A stretch of 64,000 nt of DNA, from contig JAZSKX010000007.1 of the NCBI GenBank assembly GCA_045535075.1, positions 32,001-96,000 on the forward strand, read 5' to 3'. This document shows, piece after piece, positions 59,298 through 64,000 of this stretch. A program made the translations under genes and the position numbers. The stretch is from Candidatus Spyradenecus sp. (GTDB lineage: Bacteria; Verrucomicrobiota; Verrucomicrobiia; Opitutales; UBA953). The notes beneath the pieces were generated by a model, which saw only the letters and a program-made list of their open reading frames with translations, was not told where the DNA came from and made no database searches. How positions within the stretch are numbered: the stretch's first letter is position 1; every line of letters starts with the position of its first letter.

Positions 59298-59467
59298 TTT
59301 TTAACCTCCATTGGATAATTTTCTTTCGCCGTTCTCAAGCGGGAAATTTTCAATTTTGCGGGAACGCGATAACGGGCGGCAACAAGCTCGTCCGCAGAAG
59401 AAAACCGATCGTGTAATTTACTGATTGTGTTTCCGGGGGGAATTTCGGAAAATGCGATTATTCAACT

Positions 59468-62400
59468 ATGTTTGCTTTACCCGTTTCCCTTAAAAAAACA
59501 TTGAAGAAACAGCGCCGCCGCGGATTTTCCCTGGTTGTGTCATTGGTCATGATGGCGTTGATGTTGCTGATCGCAATCTCGCTCGTCTCGTTTGTCGTTC
59601 TCGAATCGGCTCTCGGAGGCTACAAAGTTAAACGCTATCAGGCGCAGGCAAATGCCATCTGCGGCTTACGTATCGCTCTCGCCCAGTTGCAATTACTCTC
59701 CGGCGATGACCAGCGCGTTACCGCGACGGCGGATATTCTTGAACAGGGCGGCGGGAACAACGCCTCGCTCCCGTCCGGAAGACCTTACAAAGGCAAGCGC
59801 CACTGGACCGGCGTTTGGGCAACCGGCGGCTTGGACAAATCCGACCAAACTGTCCTGCGCGATTGGGATTACAAGGAACCGGACAAAAAACCCTTCCTCG
59901 GCTGGCTCGTTTCCGGGTACGACGAAGATAAAGAAAATTATTCTCCGCTCGAACTTCCCGTCGCTAAGGCGTCTGCAAATGCCGAACGCGGGCAGGAGTT
60001 GGTTGGTGAAGCCGTTGCCGCTTATGATGTCGCGGACGACAGTACGGAGCTCGTTACGCTTGTCGGCGCGGGAACGCTCGGGAAAAAAGAAGGTTGGGAA
60101 GAAGATGTCGTCAAAGTTCGTCGCGTACCGATGGAAAAACGGACGGATTTCCAGAAAACTCAAAAAACGTCCGGCTCCTTTGCTTATTGGGTCGGCGACG
60201 AAGGCGTTAAGGCGCGCGTTAATCTTTCCGACAGTTATTCTAATGCGTTTGACGGAACGCTGACGGATTGGCAAAAAACGCTTCGGGCGACGCCGCAGCG
60301 TGTAGGTGCCGAAGCGATTGGTGCTTACAAATCGCTCAGCGATTGGTGGCAGGAAGATGCCAAGAGCGCGGGGAATCCGGGGGCGACGCGTTTGCCTTAC
60401 GTTTTGAGTATCGGAGATTTGGCGGCTTACGGGAACGAAAATTCCGAAGATTTTCTCAAAGACGCGCGAGCGCTTTATCACGATGTTTCGTTTTATTCCC
60501 GCGGCGTATTTTCCGATGTTTACAACGGCGGGCTGAAAACAGACCTTTCCGTTGCTTTTGAAATGCCTTGGGAAGGTGGCGACTCCGGCTGGGATAAAGG
60601 CTTCCGCGACTATCCGCAGTTCCACGGTTCCGGCGAAAAGAACGAAATGAACTTGCTCAGCAAATTCGAAGTTCAAAAGGATTCGACCACGGAATGGTGG
60701 CTGGACCAACCCAAGGAAGGATTGGGCTACGTTTATGAATTTGACACCAAAATCGCAAAGCGCGGGAACTCCGACGGACGTTATTTGCGCGGTCCGACTT
60801 GGGACGTCTTCCGCAACTATTACCGCCTTTACAAACGTGAACTCGAAAACAAGGGCGTACGCGGCTTAAAAGCAAGCGAAGACTCCAATTGGCTCGCCAC
60901 GGGAATGGCGCCTTACAGCTATTTGCAGGGCGATGACAATATTGTTCGCGAATCAACGAGTGTTTTGGTTTCGACCGGAGAAGGGACAACCCAGACGATG
61001 ACCTATGCCGGCACTTTCGGTCCGAAATGGAATTACGGCGCGACTTCGTGGCGCGGCGGGATCGAGCGGCAGGGAAGTACCGGCAATAACGGAACATTTC
61101 AGTTTGTGGATGCTCCGATTTATCTGACGGAGTTTTCCGGCAATGCCTCCCCGCAAGTTAAAACCGGGGCAGTTGAATCAGGCGGCGCATCCGAAATCAT
61201 GAAAGGCTCGGGCATTATTCCGCAGGCGATGCGTCTGGCTCCCGTTATTTTGCGCTTCTCGATTAAATTTTCCATTGTTTTCAATCAAAATTCGGCAGCG
61301 TTGCTCGCAGAGCCGCTTTTCGTTTTACACAATCCGTACAACGTTCCGATTGAATTTTTCGGAATCGGAACGAATTTCACGAAATTCTATCCGTTTACGT
61401 TAAAATTAAGACGCACCGACGGCGGAAATTTCCAATATTGGAATACAATGCGGGATATTTCTCAGAAGCAGAATTCGTGGTCTGAAAGTGAACAAAAGTA
61501 TACGGAGACGCCCATTTCGAGTCCGGAAATGACGCTCCCGCTTTGGCTTTTTTCCGGAAACCATCTCGGAAAATCCGCTCACTCGCTTTATCTTTTCGCG
61601 GGAACGAACTCCTATTCCGGATCTCCGAACGGCTCAATCGTCCTCCAGCCCGGAGAAATCAAGCCGGTCTTCCCGTATTCAAAGCAGTTCCCCGTTACTC
61701 CGGACCCGAACCGTACTTACGGGCTCGCAACCTCTCTCGGGAACTTTGAACCGGACCCGGATGGCGGGATGCCGGGATTCCAACTCCCGATCGCATTTAA
61801 AGCGATGCAGGGGGAAAATGACCTTAATTTCGATTTTACGATCGAGATTAACGATACGACTCCCGATACAACCGTGGGAATGCCGGACTATATCGACCAC
61901 CACGCTCAACTTGAGTCGGATATTATTTCATTCTATCTGTTTTATCCGCGAGGCTCCAACGGCGATTCCCGAAAAGATACAAAATCTTTGACGCGTACTT
62001 GGAATGACCCGGGAACTTCTTCCGGATGGGGCGACCAATCGGATGAAACCTTTCTTCAGAATATCTCCGTCTCCCGTGGCGTCTTGTATCGCCCGAGCGG
62101 AACTTATGACTCGGACTGGTCTCTACTCGGAAAAAGCTTTAACCGAGAAGGAACGAGCGGATTCAACAGCGCTCGGAAACAGGCGATTTGCGTTTACGAA
62201 GTTTACAAAGCGTCGGCGGACGATAGCCCGTTTGCCGGACCGCTACTCTCGAACTCGCGCCCGTGGGTGGTTGACCCGCGCGCTTGGGATTACGAGGCAT
62301 TGGTTGAAAACGTGCGTCCGCAACGCATCCTTAATGAACCGAAAGCAAACGGAAAGTTTTCTCTCAACGGTCCGGGATGGACGGCGCAAATCAAGGAACT

Positions 62401-63811
62401 TGTCGGTATGGATGAAGCCGAAACCATTGAGCACACCGGGAACGGGAACGCTTATTGGGGCGACGGAGAAGGAGCCGGTGACGGACAAACGCACGTTGTT
62501 CTCTATGAAGTGCCGACGCGTCCGATGACTTCGCTCGGACAGTTCCAAAGCGTTGACTGCTCCGTCTTTGATTATGAGCCGAGTTATGTTGTCGGGAATT
62601 CTTACGTTCCCGTGGGCTTTAAGGACCTTGATACGCTTTTCGACTGGCCGGAAGCCAAAAGCAATATGCCGCCGATTCAGCCGCGCGCGGACACTCCGTT
62701 CGCAGCAAACCTCGGATTGTTTGACCGCTACTTCTTCTCGACCGTGAATTTCGGAGACGAAAACGGGCAAGAAAAGAATATCTCCGCATTCACGCAAAAA
62801 CTTTTGGAAGGCGATCCGCTCAAAAACCCGTTGGCGAATCCGCGTGTTTCGTTTATTCGGAATCGGCATGATCTTTCCCGGACGGATAGTGTCGTGCGTG
62901 AAGAACTGAAGGATCCGAATAAAATTGCGCGCAATTTTCTTTACGAAGGAACCTTTAACGTGAATTCGACTTCCGTCGAAGCATGGAAGGCGCAACTCGC
63001 TAGTTTGCATAAGCAATATCTGAATATCGACGGAGAATATTCCGAAGCCGAAGATTTCCCGATTGTCCGCTTCATGAAAATTATCGGAAGCAAAGCAGGC
63101 GGCGAAGGCGACGGGGTTGCGGATTCCGGAGACGATGAAGGCGAAGGCTGGCGTTGGTTCCGCTCGCTGAACGATAGCGATATTCAGGAACTCGCAGAAA
63201 ATATCGTCGAAGAAGTTCGTTTGCGCGGGCCGTTTATGTCGATGGCAGACTTTGTGAATCGCCGCCTCAATTCGAAAAGCGATTACGCCTACGCGGGAAC
63301 GCTTCAGGCGGCGATTGACAAGACTTCCCGAATCAACAAATCGACAGGGCAGGCAAAGAGCAAGCCGGACTCCAAAGAGTTCCCGAATCTTATTCCGAAC
63401 AGCGGAAGCCCCTCGAAGAAAGCCGGAGCCCCGGGTTATCTGACGCAAGGCGACATTCTTTCGAGCCTCGGCGCGGGAATGGCAGTGCGCTCCGATACGT
63501 TTACGATTCGCGCTTACGGCGACATTTTCGGCTTGAGCGGTCTTCCCGAAGCGCGCGCTTACTGCGAAGCGGTTGTTCAGCGCTTGCCGGATTGGGTGGC
63601 GTCCGAAGAAGATGAAGTTCTCGAAAATGCCGACAAAACGCTTTTCGATTCGTTGCAAGTTAAGAAAAATTATCGCAACCAAAATTTGGATAACGACGAA
63701 CACTTCTTCGAAAAATTCGAACGCAATACGACGCTCAAACCAATCAACCGCCTTTTGGGGCGCCGTTACAAAATTATTTCGTTCCGTTGGCTTTCGCCCG
63801 ACGAAATCTGA
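59468..63811 (+). CDS. Large prepilin-type (PilX-like N-terminus) protein of the kind seen in Verrucomicrobia
   Basis: RRRG/FSLVVSLVMMALMLL type IV pilin-like leader; DQRVTATA, AYWVGDEGVKA, FNVNSTSVEAWKA, RGPFMSMADFVNR, RSDTFTIRAYG, SFRWLSPDEI. Confidence 0.8.
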   Translation: MFALPVSLKKTLKKQRRRGFSLVVSLVMMALMLLIAISLVSFVVLESALGGYKVKRYQAQANAICGLRIALAQLQLLSGDDQRVTATADILEQGGGNNASLPSGRPYKGKRHWTGVWATGGLDKSDQTVLRDWDYKEPDKKPFLGWLVSGYDEDKENYSPLELPVAKASANAERGQELVGEAVAAYDVADDSTELVTLVGAGTLGKKEGWEEDVVKVRRVPMEKRTDFQKTQKTSGSFAYWVGDEGVKARVNLSDSYSNAFDGTLTDWQKTLRATPQRVGAEAIGAYKSLSDWWQEDAKSAGNPGATRLPYVLSIGDLAAYGNENSEDFLKDARALYHDVSFYSRGVFSDVYNGGLKTDLSVAFEMPWEGGDSGWDKGFRDYPQFHGSGEKNEMNLLSKFEVQKDSTTEWWLDQPKEGLGYVYEFDTKIAKRGNSDGRYLRGPTWDVFRNYYRLYKRELENKGVRGLKASEDSNWLATGMAPYSYLQGDDNIVRESTSVLVSTGEGTTQTMTYAGTFGPKWNYGATSWRGGIERQGSTGNNGTFQFVDAPIYLTEFSGNASPQVKTGAVESGGASEIMKGSGIIPQAMRLAPVILRFSIKFSIVFNQNSAALLAEPLFVLHNPYNVPIEFFGIGTNFTKFYPFTLKLRRTDGGNFQYWNTMRDISQKQNSWSESEQKYTETPISSPEMTLPLWLFSGNHLGKSAHSLYLFAGTNSYSGSPNGSIVLQPGEIKPVFPYSKQFPVTPDPNRTYGLATSLGNFEPDPDGGMPGFQLPIAFKAMQGENDLNFDFTIEINDTTPDTTVGMPDYIDHHAQLESDIISFYLFYPRGSNGDSRKDTKSLTRTWNDPGTSSGWGDQSDETFLQNISVSRGVLYRPSGTYDSDWSLLGKSFNREGTSGFNSARKQAICVYEVYKASADDSPFAGPLLSNSRPWVVDPRAWDYEALVENVRPQRILNEPKANGKFSLNGPGWTAQIKELVGMDEAETIEHTGNGNAYWGDGEGAGDGQTHVVLYEVPTRPMTSLGQFQSVDCSVFDYEPSYVVGNSYVPVGFKDLDTLFDWPEAKSNMPPIQPRADTPFAANLGLFDRYFFSTVNFGDENGQEKNISAFTQKLLEGDPLKNPLANPRVSFIRNRHDLSRTDSVVREELKDPNKIARNFLYEGTFNVNSTSVEAWKAQLASLHKQYLNIDGEYSEAEDFPIVRFMKIIGSKAGGEGDGVADSGDDEGEGWRWFRSLNDSDIQELAENIVEEVRLRGPFMSMADFVNRRLNSKSDYAYAGTLQAAIDKTSRINKSTGQAKSKPDSKEFPNLIPNSGSPSKKAGAPGYLTQGDILSSLGAGMAVRSDTFTIRAYGDIFGLSGLPEARAYCEAVVQRLPDWVASEEDEVLENADKTLFDSLQVKKNYRNQNLDNDEHFFEKFERNTTLKPINRLLGRRYKIISFRWLSPDEI

Positions 63812-63887
63812 TTCTCAAAGCGGGGACGCGGTTTGAATACGCTCCCCGCAATTCTTTGATTTTTAAGCACTAATCTCTAATTTTCTC

Positions 63888-64000
63888 ATGGTTCTCTTTA
63901 ATTGGCTCAATCAACGCGGGAGCGGTGTTTTGCTCCACCCGACGATGCTTCCGTCCGGACAAGGCATCGGAACACTCGGAAAATCCGCTTATCGCTTTAT
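63888..64000 (+). CDS. malQ: 4-alpha-glucanotransferase, partial (5' end)
   Basis: MVLFNWLNQRGSGVLLHPTMLPSGQGIGTLGKSAYRF. Confidence 0.85.
   Translation, partial: MVLFNWLNQRGSGVLLHPTMLPSGQGIGTLGKSAYRF

Overview
Bacterial chromosomal window, most likely from a Verrucomicrobiota (Opitutales-like) genome. This is inferred from a large Verrucomicrobia-style prepilin-type protein, a subtilase-autotransporter and AT-rich leaders without Shine-Dalgarno sites. Bases 1-3300 are the end of an integrated phage-like element that stops at a Mu/Tn7-type terminus (array of 21-22-bp-spaced repeats followed by ...ACA), 37 bp past the stop of an rluA-family gene. The rest is mostly housekeeping: ddh, pyrC-like, pgpA, pgsA, coaD, lemA, trxB, serS, ndk, mfd, metX, tRNA-Ser(TGA), topB, argF, parB, rbfA, sdaAA/AB, two tandem Na/Pi cotransporters, a SNF2 helicase and the start of malQ. 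The most striking signal is not a gene. The non-palindromic octamer GCGGGAAC/GTTCCCGC occurs about 135 times by my manual count (about 2 per kb, versus about 2 expected in the whole window). It lies in both orientations and several reading frames, forms the stems of at least six intrinsic terminators, and is scarce in the foreign element. This is the signature of a DNA uptake sequence (DUS/USS)-like system in a lineage where I know of none. Counts were made by eye, and functional calls rest on motif recognition, not database searches.
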